Position numbers and translations under genes: made by a program. The notes under the pieces were generated by a model, which was not told the origin of the DNA, made no database searches, and saw only the letters and a list, made by a program, of their open reading frames with translations. Source: Mizuhopecten yessoensis (taxonomy: Eukaryota). From it: DNA of 64,000 bases. The DNA lies in the NCBI RefSeq assembly GCF_002113885.1, contig NW_018408803.1, positions 381,912 through 445,911 on the forward strand. The letters run 5' to 3'. This document shows positions 50,510 to 62,748 of the stretch, one piece after another; within the stretch, counting starts at the first letter, position 1; every line of letters starts with the position of its first letter.

Positions 50510-51190
50510 TGTATAAAGTGACTAGTTATAAAAACGTTAGGTAAGTGACTTTTATCTGCACTTAAGCTAATTGGCTACATGTGTACATTGCTGCTAACTG
50601 ACTGAAAATATAAGCTATTAAAAAGCGATGTATTATATTATTATTAAAAAGCGATGAAATATATGTTGCTAAGTGACAAAATATATTAACTATCTAGTCG
50701 TGACTAAATCGTTTGCTAAGTGACTAGATATGTAAACGGTTGCTAATTGTCCACTCTGAAAACGGTTGTTATGTAACTAGATATACAAACGATTGCTAAG
50801 TGATTAGATATATAGACGGTTGCTAGGTGACTAGGTATATCATCGATTGCTAAGTGATTAGATAGATAAACGGTTGCTAAGTGACTAGATATACCAACGG
50901 TTGCTAAGTGACTATATATATGAAGATTACTTAGTGATAAACTATGTATAACCGGTTGCTTAGTAAAAAGATATATACTTTATCTAGCTTCTAGATGTAT
51001 ATAAAGGATTATCAAGTAACTTCATATATAAACTGCTACTGGGTGATTAGATATATAAGCGGTTGCTAAGTGACAACATTAAAGTACATATATAAACTGC
51101 TACTTGATGGAATCATATACAAGCGGTTGCTAAGTGATAACATTAAAGTACATAAATAAACTGCAACTAGATGATAAGATATGAACCGCC
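50510..51190. repeat. Degenerate ~27-bp minisatellite (aaacggttgctaagtgactagatatat)
   Basis: Recurring gttgctaagtgac units. Confidence 0.8.
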
Positions 51191-51649
51191 GACTGGAATT
51201 AGGGTCCTTAAGTAGTAAAACATCAATTTTGTGATTTTTATCATTTCGACATCTAGAAACATTTCTGATCAAAATGATATAAAAAATATGTCAGTCCGTC
51301 AATATTTGATGATTTGACGCCACTTTAAAGATACGTCATACATAGAAGTATGCTATATGATTTCTGAGGTCGTATACCGGCGGGTAACATATGTATATTC
51401 ATTTTAATTGCTTATTTCTGGCTTCACTCCAGAAGTTTAAGCATTATTGTAAAGGGAAATTCCAGAGCATTTAAATGGAAATAATTAAATATGTTATTAC
51501 GTCATACACTAATACTGAAATGTAAAACGGTTCCATATGACCATGGTACAAAATCATGGCCTTCTGTGTTACGGATTAATTACAATTTTTATTTCTCTTT
51601 AGCGTATATATTCTTGCGACACTTTGTTTAAAACTCGTACAGGAATTAA

Positions 51650-51865
51650 AGATAAACTTTATTTATTTTACAACAATATGAAACAACATATTTCAGCTCA
51701 TATTGGGGGGGGGGGGGGGTTGTTATTCGAGGAAACTGGGTACCAAGAGAACATCAACGTGATCGGGCAGGTGACCCCATATCTGTTCACGTCCGATTGG
51801 GGAATTGAACCCCGGCTGCCTTGGTGAAAGGCAAGTGCGCTATCCACTTCACCACCCAATCACTC
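51650..51865 (-). mobile_element. tRNA-derived SINE, degenerate
   Basis: ggggaattgaacccc (reverse complement of the B box), gcgctatccact (reverse complement of the A box), and the ggaaactgggtacc core. Confidence 0.6.
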
Positions 51866-54449
51866 CGTACAGTACAACCCTGTGTAATAAGTATTTGACT
51901 ATTCTATTTTAGTTGAAAATGCTGATATACTTAGCCTCAGACTTCCCCAATGTAAGTATTTGAGGTTGATACGGTCACTTGTTCCAACAGTACCATTTTT
52001 CAATCTTTCTCTTTTAATTTAGCGATTGTTTTTCTCAAATATTTGTTAAACATCATTTTCAGAAAACAAAACAGGCATTTTAGTTAAGGCACAGAATATG
52101 TTATTCCAATATTCATACTGTTGTTGTTGTTTTTTTGTAGATGATAAATAACAAGTTATGTTTAGTTCACTTATCCATCATTTTATTGGCCAAGGAAAAT
52201 GTCAATACTCATATCACATCACTACACATTTTGGCCTCACTTTCTACATCCAGTAAACACTTTGACATGATGAAAACCCTAGAAAACTTGTACAGCCACA
52301 GAAAAACCGTCCTTAGGCCAGTACAAATGTACTGAATAGTCACTGAGATTCTTTATTAGTCTAAAAAGCATATTTCAAATCCAGTATGTCATCATTCCTT
52401 TGTTTGGATAGATCACCAATATGAGCTAAATTACACCTACTGTAAGCAGAAAAGGTCCCTGGCCTTTATCACCACTTTCTAGAAGACCTTCAGGAATGAC
52501 TTTCCCTCTCATAACTAGTCCCTCATCAGTCTCCTCCCCGCCAAGTGCAGGTTTTACCTTTAGTTCTCCTAAAATGAACATTTAATATACATATCAACAG
52601 AAAGTATATGCATTAGAAACCGATTTAGATATTCCTGGTACAAACAAGGTTTGGTGATCATCTTTGCACCCCACAATATATAAAAATATACAGCTATATT
52701 GTGAAGTAAAACAGTTTTGTAAAAAATGCATTCTCAACACATTCATTGGACGGGAAAAACATCATTGTACAATTAGAAACGATGGATTTCAGGGGGCTAA
52801 ATTACCGAGTTATCGTGAGGTATTTAAGTTTTATGAGTACACGTATGAAGCTCTCGGCGTGTAACATATGTCTACATGAACGTAGGACTTCGATCGTATA
52901 GCTGAACACGGCCAGCCCGGATCATATTGTTGTATAAACATTGTTTCACTGACATGCTGTGATGGTGTAATCAATTACGTTAACAATGAGACGTCTATGT
53001 TACTTTATATTTAAACAGGATGTTGCCCCTAAAATGGTCAGTTTATGCATAATCTATGACAAAATAACACAAGAAAAGTTTACTGAATTGATGTTTATTA
53101 TAAAATCAATTACTATCTCGCAAAAATTTGATGAGTCGTATCGAACACGTATAGAGACATTGGTCAGAACAGATTTTACCAACGATCAAGCGCGGGGTGT
53201 TTTACAAAAAAATATTTAAAAAAAATTATTTGCAAATCAATGAATCACATGATCAAGTTTCAAACTTATGAAGTTCCCGATCGAATTCAGGGTTTATGTA
53301 CCTTATACCATTCATCAGTCTCAATACTATGATGTACCACGTAATTAGGTTAAGTCTAAATCCGTGGATGGTGTACGTAGAAAAATGATTGTCTAAAAGG
53401 TTGAAAAATAGCCAGTTCCCGAGCTGATTCAGCATGCAACAATCGCAATAAATTCACCACCTGAGTCCACCATCTTGTATCGTGAAAGATGGCCTAACAC
53501 AGATAATTTGTAATAGATACAGTATGCAAATAATGAATGACACTGCATCATACAGCTGTTTCGTCCTTATAGTGGTGTTCGTTGTCAAAACGTTGGAAAT
53601 TCACATTGTCTAAACTAGTGTTGAAACCGAGAGGAAGATGCTTTGAACCCCATAATTTATCAATTCAAAATAATAGAAGACTACTTGTTGATTGCAATTC
53701 AATAATGTGAAAAGGAAACAACACAATTTGAATATCTTTGGTGCCATTTCTCACCAAATCACTAAACTATATTTCTGATCATGTCCTCTTTATTTAAAAA
53801 CAATGTTAACTGTATGTGTATTACAAGTCTTTGTTCAAAACATTTATCAATTTAGGTGTGCAAAAGTAATGCATCTGGATCGGCGATTGTCTTTCAAAAT
53901 AGATTGTTATGCCTGTCTTTGTGTGTGTGAATGCAATATATATACAGTTACATGTGCTTAGTGCATTTAAACTCGATAACTGATAAAGGTACACACGCAT
54001 TGTCTACTTAGCAACTTACCTGTGTGATTGACATATGCATATTCTGACATAGTCAGCTTAATACAAAAGACGATTATGAAAAAGATACGTATATCGTTCT
54101 AGTTTGATTAATTGATTTAGATAAAATCGTTCTTTTAAAATCCGTGAATATATCTCTTGTCTCAGTTAAGCTAACCCGGACGTTACTACAGAAACATACC
54201 ACCTGTGTGAATACATTTATTTTGTTTTCTTTTAGAAAACTGTAGTAACGTATAACTTGTAAAGAAACCCTGTTTAAATTGTTAGCTATTTCACGCACAT
54301 TGACAAGTATATTGCTACATAGTCAGCTTGAAATAGGACATTCTGACTGAGACATACCACTGCTGTCTTTTGTTATCCTTTAGAAAACCGCCGTGACGTG
54401 TAATTTGCAAAGATTCTTTCTCAAATTGTCAAACATCACGTTAACGTTG

Positions 54450-55880
54450 CTACTACACTGGTTTACTTGTGATGTCCCATCTCATATTTTGTTACTTTTT
54501 CGAATTGATTAGAACCAATAAAATCGCACATGCAAGATAATCCCGAAACAAACGACTTAATTTGCTGTAAATATTTTCCAAAAACTGGGATACGGATTTA
54601 CGCATGCTTTATTATTATGATTTACGTGAAAGTTGAACTTTTTTTCAATTAAACAGGATTAACCATTATAATTCATATTCCTTATTTGTAGATAATATTA
54701 TGCAAAAACCTAGATAAAGCGTAAAAAAAGACAAATTCCAAATAATGGAATTCCTTTATCGTATCTTTGCGGGAATAGTGGAGAAAGTGGGGTGAATCAC
54801 CAACCTTTTACCCCTTGAATGGAAATTGAACTATTCCTGTGTAGATTGTCGTGACTGAGAAACCTTTAATTGAAGGGGTAACCAGCTTTATAGTACAACC
54901 GTTGAGAGCGAAATACAAGATAAAAAAAATATTTAGGGGATTATTGCTATGTAATTTAGAGATATATTTATTTCAACTAAATTCAGTTTCCTTCTTTATT
55001 TTAGAAGTATGTCTATCACATTGAAATGTATCTCTATAAATTTAAAGAAATCGCTATTAGCAAATAACATTGGATATCTCTTAATTTTAATAGATAAAAA
55101 ATTATTTTGAAGATATTCCTAATTGTCAACAAGTTCACTGCATCTTCTTTAGAAATAAATATAAAATGATAAAAAAATAATTCTATTTTATCAACCTTAC
55201 TGAGAGAAAAAGATCAATGAAAAAACACGTTGCTACTACAATGGTTTACTTGTGATATCCCATCTCACATTTTGTTACTTTTTTGCTTTGATGAGAACCA
55301 ATAAACTCGCACATGCAAGAGAATTTCGAAAAAAAACACTCAAATTGTTGCAACTTTTTTTTCCAAAAGCTGGGGTCTACCGATTTCCGCATGCTTTATT
55401 ATTATGCTTTATGTTGACGTGAAAGTTGAACAAATAAACAGGAGTTACCATTATATCTTCCTTATTTGTAAATAACATTATGTAGAAACCTGGATGAAGC
55501 TTAGAAAAGAAGACAAATTCCAAATAAGGAAACGTTATCGTATCTCTATGAGAAGGATAGAGAAAGTTGGGTGAATCACCAACCTTTTACCCCTTGAATG
55601 GAAATTGGACTATTCATGTGTAGATTGCCGTGACTGAGAAACTTTTAATTGAAAGAAGGGGTAACAAGCTATATAGTACAACCGGTGAGAGCGAAATAAT
55701 TCGATAATAATAGATAAAAAAGAATATATTTTGGAGATATTCCTATTTAGTTTAGAGATATATTCATTTCAACTAAATTCAGTTTCCTTCTTTATTTTAG
55801 AAGTATGTCTATCACATTGAAATGTATCTCTATTAATTTAAAGAAATCACTATTAGCAAATAACATTGGATATCTCTAAA
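54450..55880. repeat. ~780-bp tandem duplication (54450-55100 and 55230-55880), homologous to ~38560-39100
   Basis: Collinear sequence from gttgctactaca..ggtttacttgtga to gcaaataacattggatatctct. Confidence 0.85.
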
Positions 55881-57048
55881 TGGGTTATCTATTAGGGTAA
55901 ACTATTTCTTTATTACAATTAAAGATAGCTCTTCCACTTTTAAAGATATCTCTTATATTTTAGAGACCTACATTTATTTTAAAGATATTACATTAAAAGA
56001 TAGCTCTTTCTTATTTATAAATGTCTGCATTTGCAATGTAGATACCTATCTTCTATTATTGTTAACCCTATTACATTTAAAGATATATGTAATACGTTTT
56101 TTACTCCTCCATTGTTATTAAATGTCAAGTTGACTTGGGCGCTCATGAAATAGGGAAAAAACCAGGAGAACTATTACTCTTACACAAATAGTGAAATAGA
56201 CAGTGTCAACAGTGACCATAAAAACGTTTATATTTTCTTTACAATCAAGCATAAAAACGATATAAGATATTTGAAACTGTATTCAATACTGGCATTAATA
56301 ACGAGTTTTTTAACCTGCTGGTGACTGTTTCTCGTGGGAACAAAATAAAGAAAACTAAAGAAAAAACAACAACATGTAAAGATATATTTCAAGGCAAGCA
56401 TTGGGGAAGGGGACAGGAAAGACATTGTTTTGTAAATAAACTACTAAATTATTAAGATATTTCAAACTGTATTATATACCACAGCAGAGATATACAAAAA
56501 CGTCTGTTGACAGCGAGCTCTTTACGTTCTAATACAAATATCTTCTAATGAGGTAAACAAAGCGCAAGTAGGGAGATGAAGCTTTCCTATATATTATTAT
56601 AATGAAATAGGACGCCAAGTGGCTGTGACAACATCTGATGTAGGAGGCGTGTATTACGATCTATTTTGGACACTTTGAGACCTCTCACCCATATGTGTTT
56701 GCTCTTGGGTATCAAAGCATATAAATCAGTCAACTCTTTATAAATCCTCCCTGATATAACGTCATTCCCATTCTTATTGCCAAAATTTAGCTGGAAAAAT
56801 ACTGGCGTCAATTACGAGGTTTTATTGTAAGTATGGAAAGCGCAATGTATTGAAGTTCTCTATATTAAACTCGATAATTTGTCTTTCTTTGGAAAGTGGT
56901 CCATTAACCTACTGTTCACTGTTTCGCGGAATCAAAACACAAATAAGTTTAAACACAAATATGTAAAAACTTATTAAAAGGCAAGCATTGTGGAGAAGGA
57001 CAAGAAAGAAAGTGTTTTGCAAATAAACTTCTACAACTAGCAAAATGT

Positions 57049-57170
57049 TTGGCTACGAGAACTTCCTGACGTTAGACTGGATCAAAATGACGCTTCGGTG
57101 GCTGCACAACAAGACGGGATACTACATCAGCATATTGACTGGGAATTACGTTAGAGGGAAGTCCCAGTGA
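57049..57170 (+). pseudogene. Second decayed copy of C16orf89 exon 5
   Basis: Translates as GYENFLTLDWIKMTLRWLHNKTGY; original acceptor deleted. Confidence 0.85.
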
Positions 57171-58005
57171 TTGACAAGATTGCTTCAAAACTAAGACGGT
57201 AGGTAAAAAGGAATAACACAGTGATTTTACAGACTGCTTTAAGCTTAGATAAATAATAATATACATCCTTTGTATAGCACCCTGTATAATTACTTTACTA
57301 TCATTTACAAAATTACTCTATAGCACCCTATATAATTACTTTACTATCATTTACAAAATTACTCTAAAGTGATTTACAACATTTGACTAATAATATTCCT
57401 ACAGTGACAGTTATACATATCGTAGAAAAAAAAGGAATTCAAATCAGCATTATACAATAGGTAACAAGACATTTTCTGCATATGCATGTAACCAGATATA
57501 CAGGGTTGTGTGTCCATGACGTCTGCGCAAGAGAGCCTAAAATGCAGACGTTGAAAGTGTGTGTTTTTTTAGCCAGTACTTTTCACTTTCTGGTAGCAGA
57601 TGGAAAGCTATTCCACAACGTGGCCGAAACTTGTCCAGGGCACCGGTTACCATAGGTACAAGATTTTGGGACAACCAACAAGGATTCTGAATATGACGAT
57701 GCAAATGTTTAAAGGAAAAAAAAAAGTCAATTCATAGAGACATTTCACATAATCTGAATTGTCATACAGTATCATAAAATATATAATATGCATTTGAAAT
57801 GTAAACAAGTAATATTACAAGCCAATACTGGAACTTTAAGGAAAAAATACAACAAAATAAAATTCGAAAAATATTAATTTAAACAAAAAAAATCCTTGAC
57901 AAGTAAAACTTTGTTTTCAATTTGATCCTATACACGCTTCACATCATGTTACATGTAAATTTTTATTATCGCACAACTTACGACTCCTGTACGCGCTCAT
58001 CTTCG

Positions 58006-58110
58006 CATCCTCGATACTCCAGGGGTTACGCTAACTTTCGCTCTCTGCACCCCTAAAATATGTCATAGCATAATTGACGGCATGAAACTAGCTATTTGAT
58101 TTATCTCAAG
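58006..58110. mobile_element. CATCCTCG MITE copy 10 (left arm only)
   Basis: catcctcgatactccaggggttacgct...; truncated at the 39-bp array. Confidence 0.75.
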
Positions 58111-58388
58111 TACAAAAGCTGTAAACGTGAACAGGTGACAGTGGTCAAGCACAACAGCTGTAAACGTGTACAGGTGACAGAGGTCAAGCACAACAGCTGT
58201 AAACGTGAAAAGGTGACAGAGGTCAAGCACAACAGCTGTAAACGTGTACAGATGACAGAGGGCAAGCACAACAGCTGTTTACGTGTACAGGCGACAGAGG
58301 TCAAGCACAACAGCTTTAAACGTGAAAAAGGTGACAGAGGTCAAGCACAACAGCTGTAAACGTGAACAGATGACAGAGGTCAAGCACA
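58110..58388. repeat. 39-bp minisatellite (cacaacagctgtaaacgtgaacaggtgacagaggtcaag), ~7 copies
   Basis: Tandem periodicity; unrelated to the intron-1 39-mer. Confidence 0.93.
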
Positions 58389-59045
58389 CGAATCAAACAC
58401 TTAAATTTAGCATTTATCTCATGTAATCAATATTACGTGTAATGTCTGTGTTTTATATAATATTACATATTCATTTAATAGTAACGATGTCCACAGTAGT
58501 AATGAAATTTAAAAAAAGTCTATGGTCACGAAACCGTATTCGCTGTTACCATACTTGATATCTAATTCACGTTATGTCAGCTGATCACTGCTACAGATCG
58601 TCGGCGCCTCGTACCACCAGGAACTGTTAAATGCGCTGCGGCACACTGATCTGTGAAGTAGCTCATATTACACCACCCCTATATTTGGCAGGTAGATAAT
58701 AGCATCCTTGACGTCAGGCTGAGGAAAGCACACCCTTACCTGGCTAGGTTGTATTGTCATAATACTGTCTGGCCGGGTAATTAATTAAACACCCACCTTC
58801 TACAACATAATTACCCCGACGGGCGCTAACCACTAGATTTAGTGAAACAAAGATTTTAGTGGACACTTAGGATTATGAGATTACTTTGGATTTTTATTCC
58901 TGATGTAGCGACAAACGTTTCTTTGTGGTCGTTTTTAACAGTGTTAGATACAATGTAAACAGCTATACAACAAACTGCTTCACCGTGAAATCAACTTTTA
59001 ATAGTCAATAGTCCTCGACTGTTTCAATTGTTTTTTTATATCATA

Positions 59046-60461
59046 ATGGCAACATCCATGCAAAAAGCGCAAATCCCTTTCCGGGTTAAAGGCCAAATCA
59101 CCTGTATTTACCACAAGGAGGGACAACTCGACCTTTACTGTGAAGAATGCCAACAACTTGCTTGCATTAACTGTCTGTCTACTGTACACAAGGGCGATCC
59201 TTTGTGTAGATTAGATGAAATTACTCCTCGAATAGAAGAAGACATCCGAAACTACATAGACAAAAACGAGAAGGCTGACCTGGTGCAAATCGACCAATAC
59301 ATCACTGCTACTGAAGAACAGTTAAAAGATAATGCAAGCAACTTTGAAAAACTTTCATTCCAGTTGAAGACACAAACTAACAAATTAAAACACAACCTTG
59401 AGCTGCTAGCAGCTCAGACTCTGTCTCTCTATCGACAAATGGAGGAGGAAAACTCCAAGCTACTACAAACATACAAACAGGATCTGGAAATGTACAGCAC
59501 TCGGCTAAAACAACAAGTACAAGAATGTAAGGTTGTACTTCAGCGTGGCTCTGACATACAAATCTACGACGCAGGGTCTGAAATTCAATCTTCCGTCACA
59601 CTCCCTGTAAAACCTACCCTGGGTACCGCTAGCTTCAGTCCGAACCGAAATCCTCAGAATTACCTGGAACAAGCTTTGGGCAAAGTTAACATCACAGGAC
59701 AAGGTCTTGGTCAAGCTTTACAAAGACATGGTCGTTCAGGTGGATCATCTGCCGGACAAGGATTACTCTCCACACAACCTCGGGAAAAACTAAAGGTAAA
59801 GACATCCTCTACTCAACAGAGATCAAAAGCAAGAAAGGACGTATCCAGTCCCGTATATACCCTGTTGCATCAGACCAAGGTGTTGGGGGAGTGGAAGTCT
59901 TTATGTTATATCACTTCTGTATGTCCCACCACTGATGGTCAGGCATGGACCAGTTACTTTGGCAGTAACACCTTAACTCTCCTAGACAGGAAGGGAAAAG
60001 TTATTCAGGAGGTTACACACAATGCTGAGATCATAGACATAAGTCTGTCACCCACAACCAAGACACTGTGGGTCTGTGACAAGGAAAACAACACCACAGA
60101 GCTCGTGTCAGGACGACTAGTACACAGATTCAGCACCAGGAATAAACCACTGTGTATCTGTATCACAGGTAGTAACCATGCCATTGTAGGGATGGCCAAA
60201 CACATCTCAAAACTCACCACTAAAGGTACATTAGTACTTACTACATTGGCAGCAGGGACTGGGAAACCATTAGTGTGTACACCATACAGGGTCTCAGAGT
60301 GTCCTGTCACTCACAATGTTGCAGTGGCTGACTTGGATAGTAAACCTCATGGTGGTGAAGGGAAACCACGTGTTGTTGTCATGGACACCGATTTCAAGAA
60401 ACTATTTGTATATCATGGTAAAGACACACATACAAATAAATCAATGGTCAAATGTGTATAA
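59046..60461 (+). CDS. TRIM-like copy 3, C-terminally truncated (471 aa; probable recent pseudogene or truncated isoform)
   Basis: Collinear with copies 1 and 2 up to ~60444; the last ~80 aa are replaced by MVKCV*. The final B-box His is changed to Asp (HKGD). Confidence 0.85.
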   Translation: MATSMQKAQIPFRVKGQITCIYHKEGQLDLYCEECQQLACINCLSTVHKGDPLCRLDEITPRIEEDIRNYIDKNEKADLVQIDQYITATEEQLKDNASNFEKLSFQLKTQTNKLKHNLELLAAQTLSLYRQMEEENSKLLQTYKQDLEMYSTRLKQQVQECKVVLQRGSDIQIYDAGSEIQSSVTLPVKPTLGTASFSPNRNPQNYLEQALGKVNITGQGLGQALQRHGRSGGSSAGQGLLSTQPREKLKVKTSSTQQRSKARKDVSSPVYTLLHQTKVLGEWKSLCYITSVCPTTDGQAWTSYFGSNTLTLLDRKGKVIQEVTHNAEIIDISLSPTTKTLWVCDKENNTTELVSGRLVHRFSTRNKPLCICITGSNHAIVGMAKHISKLTTKGTLVLTTLAAGTGKPLVCTPYRVSECPVTHNVAVADLDSKPHGGEGKPRVVVMDTDFKKLFVYHGKDTHTNKSMVKCV

Positions 60462-60860
60462 ATCTTCAAATGACTTCTTAGCAATTACAAAAAAGCCCGA
60501 AATGATAATAATTTGCCAGATGATGCTGGCTGCTTTGCATGCCATGTTTGTTCAATTCAAAACCTTTAACTCATTTCCAAGGTCACAAATGTCAAGTGTG
60601 TTAAAATCGTGAAACAAGTTCTTCTGAATAAGGATGTTTATATTTGGCCAGTAGCATGAAAATCAACCAGGTTAATTCAACTGAGTTAACGTGCTCGACC
60701 TTAAGGTCACAGTTGTCAAATGCGTAAAAATATGTTTATGGGTTTTTCTGAATGACCGTAAGTAGTTCAATTAAACCCATTTTTAAATGTTTGACCTTGG
60801 TTCACACACATGTGTGAGATTAATACAAGGTGAGCAAAACAGTTCCATGGGACATCTTGT
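60445..60860 (+). mobile_element. HINE-like 3' fragment replacing the end of TRIM-like copy 3
   Basis: aggtcaca..tgtcaa.tg.gt.aaaa core repeats; ending aggtgagcaaaacagttccatgggacatcttgt resembles the end of the 41918-42812 element in reverse complement. Confidence 0.55.
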
Positions 60861-61019
60861 AGTACTGTTTGATCACATTGTCCGGGACATATCTCATTTG
60901 CTCTGTCGCTTACTATTGCTCAATTTGGGCAAGGTAAACTAAAAACGGTATGGGCAAGAACACCTTTTAACTATATATAAACCAGAGAGTCCAAATTTAA
61001 GATGTTAAATAGTAATACA

Positions 61020-61200
61020 AACCAAAGTATCCGGACTATCAAAGTTCCACTGAACTCACAAACCAAATTTTCTGGACGAACAAGGTTTCACTGTGTTCAA
61101 TGTATCCTGACTATCAAGGTTCCACTACATGATAACAAAATTTTCTGAGCGAACGAAGTCCACTGTTCACACAGATCAATGTGTTCGACTAACGAGTGCC
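61020..61200. repeat. 36-bp satellite, array 3 (short, degenerate)
   Basis: aaagtatccggactatcaaagttccactg units. Confidence 0.7.
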
Positions 61201-61466
61201 TAGGCAAACTATAAATTAGATGAGAAGTTATTAATTTCAATTCAATAATCTGAAACGGAAATAACTCAATTTGAATCTATTGAGTGCCATTTCTCACTTT
61301 ATTTCTGATCATGTCGCCTACATTAAAAAAAAAAAGAAAATCTCTTCAACTTCATGTGTAAAACTAGTCTTTGTTCAAGATATTCCCAATTAATTACGTT
61401 AGGTGCACGTAAGACATTCATCTGGATAGGACGTTTCTTTCAAAATAGAACGTAAGGCCTGTCTTT

Positions 61467-61834
61467 CCGGTGTGTTTCCATCTTGCTACTATTAATACAC
61501 AAAGCCAAGGTCAAGGCCGACTTGTCCCGGAAGTGAGGCCCAGTACAGTGTAATCCACCTGGAGGCGCGGCAAAGGGAGTGTATGCATATATGTAAGTAA
61601 AGATCATTTGTACGGTAACTTTGAATGTAAGTTTGAATGTAAGTAAAAATGTTAAATAAGGCAGTGAAAAAATAAAGAAATAATATTATAATTACTAATA
61701 AGTATGAAAGAAAGTATGACAGCCCTCTTGTATGAGGACACATGACTGTGAAGATGCTGATCCCGGGGCTCCCCAACCTCGGCAGTATCCTAAATGTGCT
61801 GGGGAAGTAAAATGTTTGAAAAAAATAAAATAAA
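61467..61834 (+). mobile_element. 5'-truncated retroposed insert (LINE 3'UTR-like) with A-tail
   Basis: 13-bp TSD aaggcctgtcttt (61454-61466/61835-61847); A-rich tail; empty sites at ~37817 and ~53910. Confidence 0.8.
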
Positions 61835-62716
61835 AAGGCCTGTCTTTGTGTGTGTGAATGCAGTATATATACAGTTACCTGGGATCAGTGCATTTACACT
61901 CTATTACTGATAAGGGTACACATGCATTGTCTACGTAACAACTTACATGTGTGAGTGACATAGTCAGCTTGATACAGAAGACTATTATAAAAAATGATAG
62001 GTGTATCGTTCTAGTTTGATTAATTGATTTAGATAAAATCGTTCTTTTAAAATCCGTGGACATGTCCCGTACCTCAGTTAAGTTAACCAGGACATTCTGA
62101 CTGAGCCATACCACTAACGCTTTTTGTTATCCTTTAGAAATCGCCGCAACCTGTTAATTGCAAAGAAATAACAATACTAACAATTTCAATGCATCGTCTT
62201 AAGAAAAAATCCAGACGACGCCTTTACACAGGTATGTGTATCTGCCTAATTTATAAATTGATTTAGAAAAAAATGTTCTTTTTAAATGCGTGGATATATC
62301 CTGTGTCCCAATTAAGCTAACCAGGACGTTACTAATGAGACTGTATCCAAACTGTTCGTTTGTATACAGTTAGTTTTTGGTATCCTTCAGAAAACCTTCG
62401 TAACATGTTATTTACAAAGACATTTTTTTAACATTCTTAACTATTTAACTTCTTCGTCTTTAGAAGAAAAATCATAACAATTTAGATTTTTTTTAACTGA
62501 ACGAATAAGACCAATGAAAAAAACAAATTTGTTTGCGTAAAAATTGAACAAACTTGCCGCAGCTTAGATGTGAGAAATGTCCTAAAGATGCAATATCAAA
62601 AGGTGAGGTGAAACACAATCTTTTCAGTCCCTTGAACGGAAATTGGACTAATCCTGTGTGTACTGTCGCGAATGAGGAGCCTGCAATTGAAAGGGTAGAG
62701 AGAGATAGTACATAAA

Positions 62717-62747
<31 letters not shown>

Positions 62748-62748
62748 G
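62717..62748. repeat. (AG)n microsatellite
   Basis: Direct observation. Confidence 0.95.
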
